Counted from the whole stretch's first letter, positions 12,568 through 24,500 are shown. The stretch is 63,779 nt of DNA, filler included, from Octopus bimaculoides (GCF_001194135.2; 8 parts of 7 records of this genome joined end to end with filler, not necessarily neighbours in it), one strand, 5' to 3'. The notes: generated by a model from the letters alone, not told the origin. Made by a program: numbers and translations.

Positions 12568-13399
12568 ATATATATGTATGTATGTATAATTTCTTGCTTA
12601 TTTTCATATTGCAGTTTATATGAAGCTTATAATGCTTGTCCAGATAAAATCAGTCAAGAGCAAATGCTGAATAACATTAAGGCTGGAAAAAATAACAGGT
12701 ATTTACTTTTTTTTTTATTTGGTTTTTTTTTTTTTGACTAGTTTCAGTTATCATATTGTGACCTTGTCGGGGGGCCCCATCATCTGGGTTTTAAGTTATT
12801 GGGTTGTCTGGAAGGTTTGTGCCAATTTATAGTAGCTTACCTTTCGACTTAGGTCATAGGAACATAAACTTTCTTCCACGAAAAGATAGCTTAAACTGTG
12901 CTCTAAATGGAGGTGTTGTCAAATCCTATTTTATGGACTCAACCATGTTCTAAAATGTGTTAATTCTGTAACCCTTTAAAATGGAAGATAAGAAAGTTCA
13001 TTTTCGGCACTTGGTGCTTTTCTTTTTCCAGACAACCCAATATTATATCCCCACCTCTACCCACCGTTCTTACGTTAGTCTACTGTTTATTTTATTGAGT
13101 AGCTAAGTTACATTTTATGATACAACACAGGATTTCTAACTGGTAGAGTTACATAAACTCAAACTCATAAATATTCACCATGTTCGGATGGTGCTTTTTA
13201 CATGCTACTGGCACAGGGAACCAGTCAGGCGGCTCTGGCAGTGACCCGCGCATGAATGAATGGTGCTTATCGTGTGCCACCAGCATTGGGAACAGCCACA
13301 ACTACAATTTCCGTTTGATTGTGATTTGATTTGATCTTGATTTACTTGACTCAATAGGTCTCCTCAAGCACGGAATGTTGCCCGTAGATTCAAAGGTAC

Positions 13400-13602
13400 T
13401 TTTTAAATGGGCTGGTTATGTAACACAGGTGTAGACTATATCTGTGATCTCACTTCCCTTGCCGGGTCTTCTCAATCACATCTCCAGAGGTCTCGGTCTT
13501 TCATCATTGCCTCTGTGAGGCCCAACGTCCGAAAGTCATTCTTCACCACCTCATCCCATGTCTTCCTGGGTCTCCCTTTTCCATGGGTTCCTTCCACTGT
13601 TA
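13400..13602 (-). mobile_element. RTE-clade LINE 3' end (RT C-terminus)
   Basis: TVEGTHGKGRPRKTWDEVVKNDFRTLGLTEAMMKDRDLWR, the typical RTE GRPRKTW...DR..WR motif. Confidence 0.8.
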
Positions 13603-13614
13603 GGTATATATATT

Positions 13615-13653
<39 letters not shown>

Positions 13654-13799
13654 ACATATATATATGACGACCAAAGCCTTGTGACTGGATTTGGTTGAGG
13701 AAACTGAAAGAAGCCCATTCTATACATATAGACATATACATGTTTATGCATGTGCATTTGTGTCTCTATATGTCTCCCCCCCCCACACACACACACACA

Positions 13800-13975
13800 A
13801 TCGCTTGACAACTAATGTTGGTGTATTTAAGCCCCTGTAACTTAGCAGTTTGGCTGAAGAGATTGATAGAATAAGCACCATCTTACAAAGAATAAGTCCA
13901 GGGGTCGAGTTCTTCAACTAAAAGGTGGTGCTCCAGCATGGCCACCCTCAAATGACTGAAACAGGTAAAACAATA
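13800..13975 (+). mobile_element. Interspersed repeat family C (SINE-like)
   Basis: gtaacttagcagtttggc...gatagaataag...ggggtcga...ggtgctccagcatggcc; homologs near 9800(-), 18440, 40790, 41760(-) and 63120(-). Confidence 0.75.
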
Positions 13976-14400
13976 AAAAACTATGCCATTTTTCTTCCCA
14001 AGGAATGCCAGGTATCTCTGCTAGTATATTAATAAAGTAAAGCAGTAGTCCAAGTGATTTACCTTGGTCACTTACCTCACATGAACGATAACAGTTGTAT
14101 CAAAGGTGCTAATCTCTAATTGGAGAGGCAACATTTGGAATGGGTAAGCATCTGGCCCAGGTTTCTAATCTACAGTCTTTGAATGTTCTGAAAAATTCAT
14201 AGGCACCACTTTCCATGCCCTAAACTATTTAAAGTCATCATCATAACCATTAATGTCCATTTTCCATGCTGGCATGGGTTGGACAGCTTGACAGGAGCTT
14301 GCATGGCCAAGGACCACACCAGGTGCCATAGTTTGTTTTGGCTTCGGTTTCTACAGTTGGATTCCCTTCCTAATGCCAACCACTTTAGAGAGTGTACTGG

Positions 14401-14600
14401 GTGCTTTTTACGTGGCACCATCACCAATGCTTTTTACATAGCACCATCACCAGTGCTTTTTATATGGTACCATCACCAGTGCTTTTTATATGGTACCATC
14501 ACCAGTGCTTTTTATATGGTACCATTACCAGTGCTTTTTATATGGTACCATCACCAGTGTCTTTTACATGGCATCAGCTTCAATGCTTTTTACACTACAC
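14401..14600. repeat. 26-bp minisatellite, about 7.5 units
   Basis: Unit gtgctttttatatggtaccatcacca starting at 14401, 14427, 14453, 14479, 14505, 14531, 14557 and 14583 (partial). Confidence 0.95.
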
Positions 14601-14764
14601 ATTGATGTGATAAAAAGTGATAAAAGGGGGAAAATGGAGGCACAAAAACATTTGTCAAAAATTTATATTATGTAACAATTGAACAAAATTTGTTTCAGTC
14701 AAGCATTTCTAATGTTCTTGTTCAATTTTATCTTGCAGAAACATTGGTCCTGTTCTGAGCAGAA

Positions 14765-15410
14765 AAATTCAACAATTTTACTGTCCAGATGATAGATAAT
14801 ACTTGAATATGTTGACGATGAAGATGATAACCTCCACATCTGTGAATTATATTGTACAAGTGATTTACATATACTATACCTGCACAGGTGATTGATATAT
14901 ATCATACCTGCACAAGTGATTGACAATATCAGAATATATTGATGAAAATGGCAACTTCTACATCTTTGGAATATATTCAGCAATTTGTACTGTACAAAAT
15001 GATCGATATTATTTGAATGTACCAAGAAAAAAGTGGAATGTCTACATAATTCAACAATAATGCTGTACAAGTAATTGATAATTGAATATCATGTTAAAAA
15101 TAGTAATTGCTACACCTCTGGATTATAGCCAACAATTGTACAGTAGAGTTACAGATAATTGATTTATTTGAATATATTTCTGAACCTGGAAACATTTACG
15201 TTTATGAATTATATTCAGCAGTTGTACTGTACAAACAATTGATATTTTCAATATATCAGGGAAAACAGTAACATGTACAACTGTGAATTATTTTCAATGA
15301 TTGTACTGTACAGGTTATTGATAGTATTTAAATATATTGATGAATATGGTAACTATTACAATTCTGGATTGCATTCAATAATTCTCTCAGAATTATAAGT
15401 GTTATAATTG
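14765..15410. repeat. Degenerate ~80-bp tandem array, 7-8 units
   Basis: Recurrent gaatatattgatgaa.atgg.aac...ttgtactgtaca.g..attgata; anchors at 14805, 14932, 15015, 15084, 15170, 15249 and 15330. Confidence 0.75.
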
Positions 15411-15664
15411 GACATCATTCAAGTATGAGGTCCAATTGAACCTCATTCAAATATGGAATAGAAATTGAAAACTTATACAGTTGCTTTATCAGACTGTTGC
15501 CTGCGAAAAGTACTCCTCTGTACAAGAGATTACAATAGAAATTTTAATTTTATCTACTTTTTTAGCAAGAAACCAAAATAAATATTTTATCGATTTTTTT
15601 ATCCCATTTTGTATCCTATTTTACAAAAGTTTCTGAGATTCTCTTGTACTAAATAATGGTTTCA

Positions 15665-15860
15665 AATGTTGGCACAAGGCCAGTAATTTCAGGGGAATGG
15701 GTAAGTTGATTACATCAACCCCAGAATTCAACTGCTACTTGTTTTATTGACCCTGAATGGATGAAAGGCATAGTCAACCTTGGCAGAATTTGGAATCAGA
15801 ATGTAAAGATGTACAAAATACTGCTAAGCATTTTACCTGACATGCTAAAAATTCTACCTG
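15665..15860 (-). mobile_element. SINE family B, CpG-decayed copy
   Basis: Same layout as 39520-39725 but with CpG changed to TpG/CpA throughout. Confidence 0.75.
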
Positions 15861-16449
15861 CTTGTTGCTGCCTTGTACTAAATTATGAGCTTCAGATTAT
15901 GTCAGGATAAACCTCACAGGATTGATTTATTTAAAGTTGACAAGGTCAAGGACAATTTGTTATCAAGTGTGTACGTATACAGTAAGCAGGTATCAGTCCA
16001 TCATGTTGAGTTCTAAGCAGACCCTTTGGCAATCAGCAACAAGCAGTTTATGATAATTTTTTTCTCCAACAAAAGACAGGAGTTAGCCTTATGATCCCCC
16101 TGATAATTTTCACTGTTTACACTTATATTCTTCATCTCCACTGACCATGCTCCTTGCCCTCATTTTCTCTTCCTTCGTCTTTAACCATGTCTTTCTTGAT
16201 TATCCCTTTCCTCTCACCCAGTCATTTTAATTCTTTCTCAGCACATGATCCAACCACTTCATCCCATTTTTCTTTACAACCTCCATCTCTGGTTCTATTG
16301 TCATTATCCATTGAAATGCATTTTATCATCTTCCTCTCTCTCTCTCTCTCTCAGCAATACTCTGCTCATCCACCAACCTATTCTTTTTTCTTTCAAGTCT
16401 TCTTTGCTATTCTACATTCATTACCCGTTCTGCTAGGTTCCTCACAGGC

Positions 16450-16939
16450 AAAGAACACAGGTACAAGATTTTCTGGGCAGGGAACACTGACAGGGTCAGG
16501 GACATGGGTATACTTCTTGCAGAGAAATGGGTTGATAAGGTAATCAGAGCATGCGACAGAATACTTAAGATTAGATTAGTGCTTCATCATGGGTTAGCAA
16601 CCATTATCTCGGGCTATGCCCCTCAACCAGGGCTACCTGATGGACAGAAAGACCGATTTTATGACACCCTCTTGCAGACTACCTCATTGACAAATGACAG
16701 GGACCTTCTCTTTGTGGCTGGTGACTTCAGTGGACATGTTGTACAACATGCAGGGGGGCTTCCATGGCATACATGGAGGCTACGGTTTTGGTTCCTGCAA
16801 TGAGGAGGGAACCAGGCTGCTGGAGTTCTGCAATGCAAATGATCTGGTTTGCAACACTAACTTCAGGAAGCCTGCCAGTCACCTAGTCACCTACCGTTCT
16901 GGCAGGCACACTAGCCAAATTGACTATATCCTCGCCTGA
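16450..16939 (+). mobile_element. RTE-clade LINE apurinic endonuclease fragment (frameshifted)
   Basis: GILLAEKWVDKV...IISGYAPQPG...FVAGDFSGHV, then GGYGFGSCNEEGTRLLEFC...NTNFRK...SQIDYIL. Confidence 0.9.
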
Positions 16940-16964
16940 AAAAGGGAAAGATGGCAAAAATGAG

Positions 16965-17150
16965 TTGTAACTCTGTTTCAAAGGTCCAGCCTTGTCATAT
17001 TCTGAGTTGTACTGAATTTCTCTGAGAACTACATTAAGGGTATATGTGTCTGTGGAATGCTCAGCCACATGCACATTAATTATTTCATGAGCCAGCTATT
17101 TTGTTGCTCAGACCAACTGGAACCCTTGTCACTGTAATCAACAGGGTGTC
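16965..17150 (+). mobile_element. SINE family A 3' fragment, CpG-decayed
   Basis: gagaactacattaagggtatatgtgtctgtggaatgctcagcc matches the 3' half of family A. Confidence 0.75.
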
Positions 17151-17167
17151 AGGTTATATATATATAT

Positions 17168-17645
17168 ATAATTAAAAAGAAATGTAAAAATACATTATGA
17201 AGGATATACCATAAACAATAATTATTTATGAATATATCAATGGCCGTTTATAGTTATGAATAAATCACAATTATAATGGAGAGGGCTGCAAAAACCCTTA
17301 CATGTTTAGAAATAGCAGTCAAAAACCACTATTATCACTCATATTTTATCTCCTCACAATAAAGCTGTCCGCGAGCAACATGACATACAAAATCCACAAT
17401 TTAAAAATAAAAGGTTGATTCTCTATTGCAATTTCGAAGGTAGGAACATATTATACAGTATTGTAAAATAACAGAGATAAACAATATAACAGTTCCTCTC
17501 TGTTATAATTGTGATTTATTCATAATTATAAACCCTGTTCTTTCATGCAATTTATTATTACATGTTTGGTCACTGATATATTCATAAATAATTAATAATT
17601 GTTGATGATATTTCGTAATGTATTTTTACATTTTTTCTTAATTAT
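17168..17645. mobile_element. AT-rich foldback/MITE-like element with long imperfect terminal inverted repeats
   Basis: ataattaaaaagaaatgtaaaaatacatta.. vs ..taatgtatttttacattttttcttaattat, with inner inverted pairs 17217-17277 vs 17502-17600. Confidence 0.7.
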
Positions 17646-17852
17646 TTCATTTCCTCCTGTCTTTTCTCATAAACGCTGTGCATGACACTGGAATTCAGAA
17701 TCTGAATGTGTAGATAGAGGTTGACACATTATTCTTGCCGGTCGGGATACATGTAAGCCCCAAGGTATGACTTTGTATCAATTTGTATCTATAAGAATAG
17801 CACTGTTATTTTGTTTATATCCATTATTTTACAATATGTTATATAATATGGT

Positions 17853-18234
17853 GTGGAGGCGCAATGGCCCAGTGGTTAGGGCAGTGGACTCGCGGTCATA
17901 GGATCGCAGTTTCGATTCCTAGACCGAGCGTTGTGAGTGTTTATTGAGCGAAAACACCTAAAGCTCCACGAGGCTCCGGCAGGGGATGGTGGCGAACCCT
18001 GCTGTACTCTTCCACCACAACTTTCTCTCACTCTTACTTCCTGTTTCTGTTGTGCCTGTAATTCAAAGGGTCAGCCTTGTCACACTGTGTCACGCTGAAT
18101 ATCCCCGAGAACTACATTAAGGGTACACGTGTGTGTGGAGTGCTCAGCCACTTGCACGTTAATTTCATGAGCAGGCTGTTCTGTTGATCAGATCAACTGG
18201 AACCCTGGATGTCGTAACCGACGGAGTGCCAACA
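17853..18234 (+). mobile_element. Full-length SINE family A with 12-bp TSD
   Basis: TSD atataatatggt at 17841-17852 and 18235-18246. Confidence 0.92.
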
Positions 18235-19114
18235 ATATAATATGGTATAATAGGTTCCTAACTTCGAAATTGCAATAGAGAATTAACCATTTATATGAGT
18301 AATAATAGAGGCCTTATAGTGGTTTTTGACTGCTATTTCTCAACATGTAAGGATTTTTGCAACCCTCTCCATTATAATTATGATTTATTCATAATTATAA
18401 ACACACTTCTTATATATGTGTGTCTGTGTGTCTACACCATTGCATGACAACTGGTGTTGGTTTGTTTATATCCATATAACTTAGCAGTTTCAGTAAACGA
18501 AACCAATAGAATAAATAGCAGACTTATTGGGGAAATAAGTACTGGGATGGATTTGTCCGACAAAATCCTTCAAGGTTTAATACCCCAGCATGCCAACAGT
18601 CCAAATAACTGAAACAATGAAAAGATAGAAGAGATATAAAATGGAATTAAATCAAACATTTAAAAAAAAAAATAATGAAAAACAACAGTCAGGTGTACTG
18701 CTTCCTATCAAATCCCTTTTTATTAAGCCTTATGTACAAATTTACAGGTGTGTAGTTTCTTTTGAAGTTCGTTTTTGTTTTTGTTTTTTTTTGCAGGGGT
18801 GGGGGGTTCATAACCTTTATTTTTCTGAAATTCATTATTATTGTACATGTTTTCGAAACTGTCCAACCAATTTAACATTTTTCTCATATTTTTTTTTTTT
18901 TNNNNNNNNNNNNNNNNNNNNNNNNNNNNNNNNNNNNNNNNNNNNTTAATTAATTAANNNNNNNNNNNNNNNNNNNNNNNNNNNNNNNNNNNNNNNNNNN
19001 NCTGCAGTGGCTGCCGCATATATTATGCCATTTAGTTCAGTGATATTGCCTGTTGTTTCTGTGGTTGTTAGTTCCGTGACGGCCAGGTTTATGCTATTTA
19101 TTATTGATGTTGTT

Positions 19115-19164
<50 letters not shown>

Positions 19165-19184
19165 GATTGTTATTATTATTATAC

Positions 19185-20270
19185 ACTCAACAGATAAAAC
19201 TGCTGGAAAAGAAAAATTCCTAACATCAAGCTAGAACAAGTAACCTTAGATGCCAAGAACCCTCCTAAGTATCCTAGTTGTCACTAATAACACTCTTTTC
19301 TGGAGTTGTATTAAACTGGGTTTTATGCCTAGTTCCTCTTGCCATCTTTTCAAATCTTTAGGGATAGTTCCTAATGCACCTGTGTCTACTGGGATACATT
19401 TTACCCGCACTTTCCATAGTCTCTTTAATTCAATGGATAGGTCCTGATACTTTGCTATTTTTTATACCTCTCATATTGTTGTCTTCATCATTTAGGACGG
19501 TAAAGTTAATTATCTGCCACTTTGTATTCTCTTTTATCTACTACTACAAAATCAGGCCTTTAAACTTCTATTATTCTGTCAGTCTGAATGTTAAAGTCAC
19601 ACAACTTGTATTTCTTGCTTTCTAGTACTTTACTAGGTTCATGTTCATACCATTTATTAGTATGTTCAATTCCTAGCTTTCTATATAAATCTCAGCGGAT
19701 TACTCTCCCTAGGTTATCTTGTCTTTTCTTGTATTATTTTTGTGCCAGCATGCTACATTCACTTACTATATGAGTAACGCTTTCCTCTTTTGATTTGAAA
19801 AACCTACATTGGGAATCTACTTGGTTTTTTTTATGTCTTGGCTTTTATTCAATTTGTCCTAAATGCTTGATCTTGCGCTGTTACTAACAAACTTTCTGTC
19901 ATTCTTTTCAGCCTTCCTTTTTGCGGCCATATCCATGTCTCATTACTATTATTTGCTGCAACTATCTTTGGGAAACTACCATGCAAAGCCTTCTCCTGCC
20001 AGTCAGACAACTTCTGTTCTTGTATCTGGTTGTTATCTTCGTTTAGGTTTTTGGTTTCCCTATGTTTTACTGTGAATCTAGCATCTCTTAGTAATATTTC
20101 TTCACTATTACCTACATAGTAGTCTATATCTATTCTAGCTAACTCCACGCACTCATCTACTGATATTATCCCTCTTGAACCTTCCTTTCTAGGTAAGTAT
20201 AATCTTACTACTCCTGCTCTTAGGTGGAGTCTTCCATTCCTTCCTAGTTCTTCTGTCTAGCTTTATGGTG
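19185..20270 (-). mobile_element. Decayed R4/Dong-clade retrotransposon, 3' part, ending in a (TAA)n tail
   Basis: RLYLPRKEGSRG, WQEKALHG, TESLLVTAQDQAFRTN, LQKRVLLVTTRILRRVLG, followed by a (TAA)n run at about 19110-19180. Confidence 0.85.
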
Positions 20271-20277
20271 AGCTTGA

Positions 20278-21385
20278 TATCTGGTCGTCTCGTTTCTATG
20301 ACTTGGTGGCACTGCATGTTAAAATCCTAGAGTATTTTGTAATGTTCGTTTTCCATAATTCCCTCTGGGTTGTGTTCATATCATTGCTCGGATCTCTCGA
20401 GGTTTGCTTTACCGCATAACAACCAGTGGACATATCTGGCCACATTGTTGTGTTTCCTTTTGCATTCGTGCTGTGCCAACGTACACCACTCACTAAGAAT
20501 ATGGCTTATACTTTGCCCCTTCTTAGAGCACATCCTACATTATGGCGAGTCAGTGCTTTTATCAATGTGACATTTGGAATAGTTTGTTCTGAGAGCCTGT
20601 TCTTGAACGCTGCACACTAATGCCTCGGTGGGCCTTTTTAAGTCTCCTTTCTGCAGTCATTGCCAGTTTCTATTCCAATCAATCTCATCTTCATTCTTCA
20701 AGAACTGATTGTGCATTTTCTTGTTCTACCAAATTTTCTTCATCTGCTCTCTCTCTCTGGCCTTTCTTAAATCCTGTTTGATCTACGACCTCGTTCACTT
20801 TTAAGGTTATCTCCATTTTCACTGCTTCAATCATTTCTTCTCTACCAAACCAGGCTATTCTCCTCTTCTCTTACACAACCTTCACAACAGACCAATTCTC
20901 GTGCTCCTTCTTTTCTCTTTACCTATAATCTTGACACATCACTCTGGGGTGCAGTTCCTTGTTCGTTGTCATTAATTTACGTGTTCTATCTCTTGTAATT
21001 CTATCTCTTGTAATTCATACTTCTTCCAAAATACTATTCTTGCCCCCATATTTCATCAAAGCATCCCCACATGTTAGTTGCTCTAATATTATAGCAGCCA
21101 TGTAGCTTCGATATGAGTACCAGCCAATTTCTCCTCAAATACTCTTTCTTGTACATTTCTTTCATATTATCTTTTTCAATGACACCCATGTAACTATATC
21201 CTTCCTTCCCGACTTCCTTTATAGTTTCACCACTTCCCAGCTCGATCCCATGGCTTTAATGATTTTCCCTCCTTTTGAGAATCCTTACACCACATTTCTC
21301 GATCCCAAATTCCATGCCAATATCTTTGCTAATCATCTGCAGAGTTGTCGTCAAATACTCACTTTCTTTCGCAGTCTTAAAGATT
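20278..21385 (-). mobile_element. Decayed R4/Dong-clade retrotransposon, internal part
   Basis: SKDIGMEFGIEKC, TEALVCSVQEQALRTN, CRMC, KHNNVARYVHW, VIETRRPDI. Confidence 0.85.
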
Positions 21386-21459
21386 AGCTTGTTGTTGTTG
21401 TTGTTGTTGTTATTATTATTAGTAGTAGTAGTAGTATTTTTATTATTATTATATGTTTA

Positions 21460-22545
21460 ACTTTTGCTTTGTATTTATACAAGTTGACTCTAAGTCTCAC
21501 TCAGAGACTCCAAGAGACATCAAGTTAGAAGAGCGACTTGGTATTATGCCTAGGTTGCCATATATTTGGTTTTGCACATAGTATTGTTCAGGAGAATGTT
21601 TAAGAAACCAAGAAAATTATAAGTTTGCTTTACATAAACAGTATATTTTACGTAGGATATGGGCAGTTCTCATGATCACTATCTTTTGAATTTCTGCCAT
21701 TTTGGTGTTTGTCTTGGTGTCTGAGCTAGGTAGGAATCAGCACCTTTTGCTATCATAACTAGGGCACCTATGACAACAGGTGTTGTTTTAGTCTTCAGGT
21801 TTCACATTTTACCAATTTCTATTTCAAACTCTTTATACTTGCTCAGTTTTTGGTAAGTCTTGACATATATTTATGTCGCTTGGGACAGTCATATCAATGA
21901 GGAGGCATGATTTTTGTCTGAAGTCATTCAACATAATGTCTGACCTATTCGCATCTATCTTTCTGTCAGTTTGAACGGTTAAGTTCCAAAGGAGTGAGAT
22001 GTGATCATTTCCAAGCACTGGAGGTAGTTTGTGTTCCCAACAGTTTTTATCATGGAGCAGGTCCAGGTTTTTGCAAATTACCCAGTAAATATACTGTGCT
22101 GCTATATCATGCCTGTTGAGATACCCTGTAGGCGCAAGAAGACTGCACTTGGAGACAATATGATCAATGGTTTTATTTTGTTGTTTACATACACGACATG
22201 TTGCGCTACTACCGTTCTTTAATATGTTGGCTGGGTAGCTCCTTGTAGGTAGGCATTAATCTTGGGCTGCTATGATAAACCCTATGATAAACCCTTCTGT
22301 TTCTAATTTTAAACCAGAAAACACTAACCATTAATTGGTAAGGGCTTTGTCAACATAGGCATTATTAGCTCTCTTTAGGTATTTGCCATTGAGAGGTTGT
22401 CTTGCAATTTATAAGTAAGACTATCTTAGGCAGCAGTTTTATCACGCTTAGCTTTTACTGAGCTCGTTTCTAGTACGTCTAATTCAGGGATTTGTTGTAT
22501 TTGGAACTCACTTAGATATTCCTTTGCATGTTTTGTTACTGAGTA
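21460..22545 (-). mobile_element. Decayed R4/Dong-clade retrotransposon, 3' part, ending in a (TAA)n-rich tail
   Basis: GLKLETEGFII..AAQD, LLWNLTVQTDRKIDANRSDI...LIDMTVP, EIQKIVIMRTAHILRK; tail at 21390-21450. Confidence 0.85.
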
Positions 22546-22590
22546 TGATGCTTTCTTGTTTTCATGCTATATTATTATTATTATTATTAT

Positions 22591-22656
<66 letters not shown>

Positions 22657-22799
22657 CAGCATCATGACTATCATTATTGTTTTTTATGCCTTTATCACTG
22701 ATAGTACTTTTATCATAATTCTTCCGGTCCTTATTGCTAAACTTTTTTATTTCTATCTGAGTTACTTTAGTTTTAAAATTTTTTTATTCTGTATTCTCT

Positions 22800-23110
22800 T
22801 AGTCTACAGGCGCTGGTATACGCTGTTATTTGTGTTATGCTTTCTGTTGTACAGAACGCAAATTTTACTGAGCACTTGTTAAACAATTTCCCGTGTCGGC
22901 TGAATGGAGAGAAATGCTTCTCGAAAGCGGCGAAGAATTTCCTCGGGGTGTTTATTACAATTTGCACCCCGAACAGACCATTGCACCAGACGACCTGCTT
23001 AGATTTAGCTTTCTTATTTTCATAGTGAGTATATTCAGCTCTATTTCTCTTCGCCAATTGATTCAGTTTGGTCTGCTCCCATCGGGATATTCTTCTAAAT
23101 ATTTTCGTCG
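22800..23110 (-). mobile_element. Penelope-like element fragment (post-RT region)
   Basis: KSKQVVWCNGLFG...RKFFAAFEKHF...KLFNKCSVKFAFC resembles the PLE motif R.IIWFNPPFS...KHFP...KIFNRNTVKVSYSC. Confidence 0.6.
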
Positions 23111-23433
23111 ACAACATTACTTCAATAAAGTGAATTACACACGTAATAAATACAATTTACAAATCTTTTATATATAAAACATTTATTCCTATAGAGATTT
23201 AGAAGAAACATACATATTTTATTGAAGAGATTGATACAAAATCCAGAGAATTTTAATAAAACCCATAGAAAGAAAGATATCAAGTGTATCTTGAATCTCA
23301 AGATTTGCTAATGAGATTCGAAGGGATTTACTAGTACCGTTTTAGTGCTATTGTTGATTTGCATTACACAAATTGGTTTTAATATTACATATTGGTTACA
23401 GTTAAATTTATGTAAACTACCTTACACTGCAGG

Positions 23434-23787
23434 ATGCATATAAAATCCCGAATTAATCTGCCATTGTGTATGCCTGTGTTATTGGAATCAGCAGACCATA
23501 AACCCAACTTCCTTACAGACACTAAAGTTAGATTAATATGCCCTAATAGATCAGACCTATGCAAATTAAGTAAACTAATACTTGATAAGCACATCCCTAC
23601 GCTAAAAAGTAGACTATCCCTCGAATTATGGTCTAACACATATGAGGCCCTTAACTGGTTCTCCAAAATACAAAATACTAGTAACTACAAATTCATACAG
23701 ATAGATATAGTAGACTACTACTCCTCAATTAACCCCACGATATTAAATAGTGCCCTAATATATGCCAAAAATAATTCACAACTAACT
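23434..23787 (+). mobile_element. Penelope-like reverse transcriptase fragment (open, truncated by gap)
   Basis: KPNF..DTKVRLICPNRSDLCKLSKLILD...WSNTYEALNWF...KFIQIDIVDYYSSI matches the PLE RT motif RLINP.KS..G..SK.IL / W.NT..V..WF / F..FDI..FYPSI. Confidence 0.85.
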
Positions 23788-23887
23788 NNNNNNNNNNNNN
23801 NNNNNNNNNNNNNNNNNNNNNNNNNNNNNNNTTAATTAATTAANNNNNNNNNNNNNNNNNNNNNNNNNNNNNNNNNNNNNNNNNNNN

Positions 23888-23932
<45 letters not shown>

Positions 23933-24059
23933 GCATGCATATTCTGAGCACCTTCATTACTTTTCGTTTTCAAAATTTTAACTTCTAATCCCGCTAATGA
24001 TTGATCTAGAAGCGATAATCTCCTTTAGAATACAACGTGTTCGAAAGTTAATTATAGTT

Positions 24060-24500
24060 TTTAGAATGCATTATTCAGTTGATGCAAAGAGGGTGTTGGC
24101 TGAAGTAAAAATTGTAGTAAAAATAAGAGAAGGAAGCACATACTAAAAGGTTGACTTAAGGTACTGAATATCTTTACATATACACATACCGCGGGAAGTG
24201 AATGCGTGTGTAATTTGATGAAGAGCCTCTGTGCAGGCACTTGACTCATCTCAATAGTTTAGAGACCTATGAGAGGAATACAATTTATCATACCTGGAAA
24301 TGATTAAGACGTGCAACTTCATTTGCAACTTCACATACACCAAGTTTAAGCTGATGATTGGCACAGCATCAAATAGTTGTATCATGAAAACCTTCAAGAA
24401 GTAGTTTTCTAGCCTTTGATTTCCGTTCTAACATTACTAGCATTTCTGATGCTTCGTCTCTTACAAGAGATATCACATTTACTTTTAGGTAATGATTTGA
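24060..24500 (-). mobile_element. hAT transposase relic (KIAA1586-like subgroup)
   Basis: SLVRDEASEML...KLLLEGFHDTTI*CCANHQLKLGVCEVANEV..LNHF, then DKLYS in a shifted frame; resembles the hAT motif SDGASVM...WHC.NHRLEL. Confidence 0.6.

Noticed and set aside
14765-15410. The ~80-bp array as a decayed C2H2 zinc-finger cluster (84-bp period, common in octopus)
   Set aside because: No CxxC/HxxxH or TGEKPY pattern in any frame.
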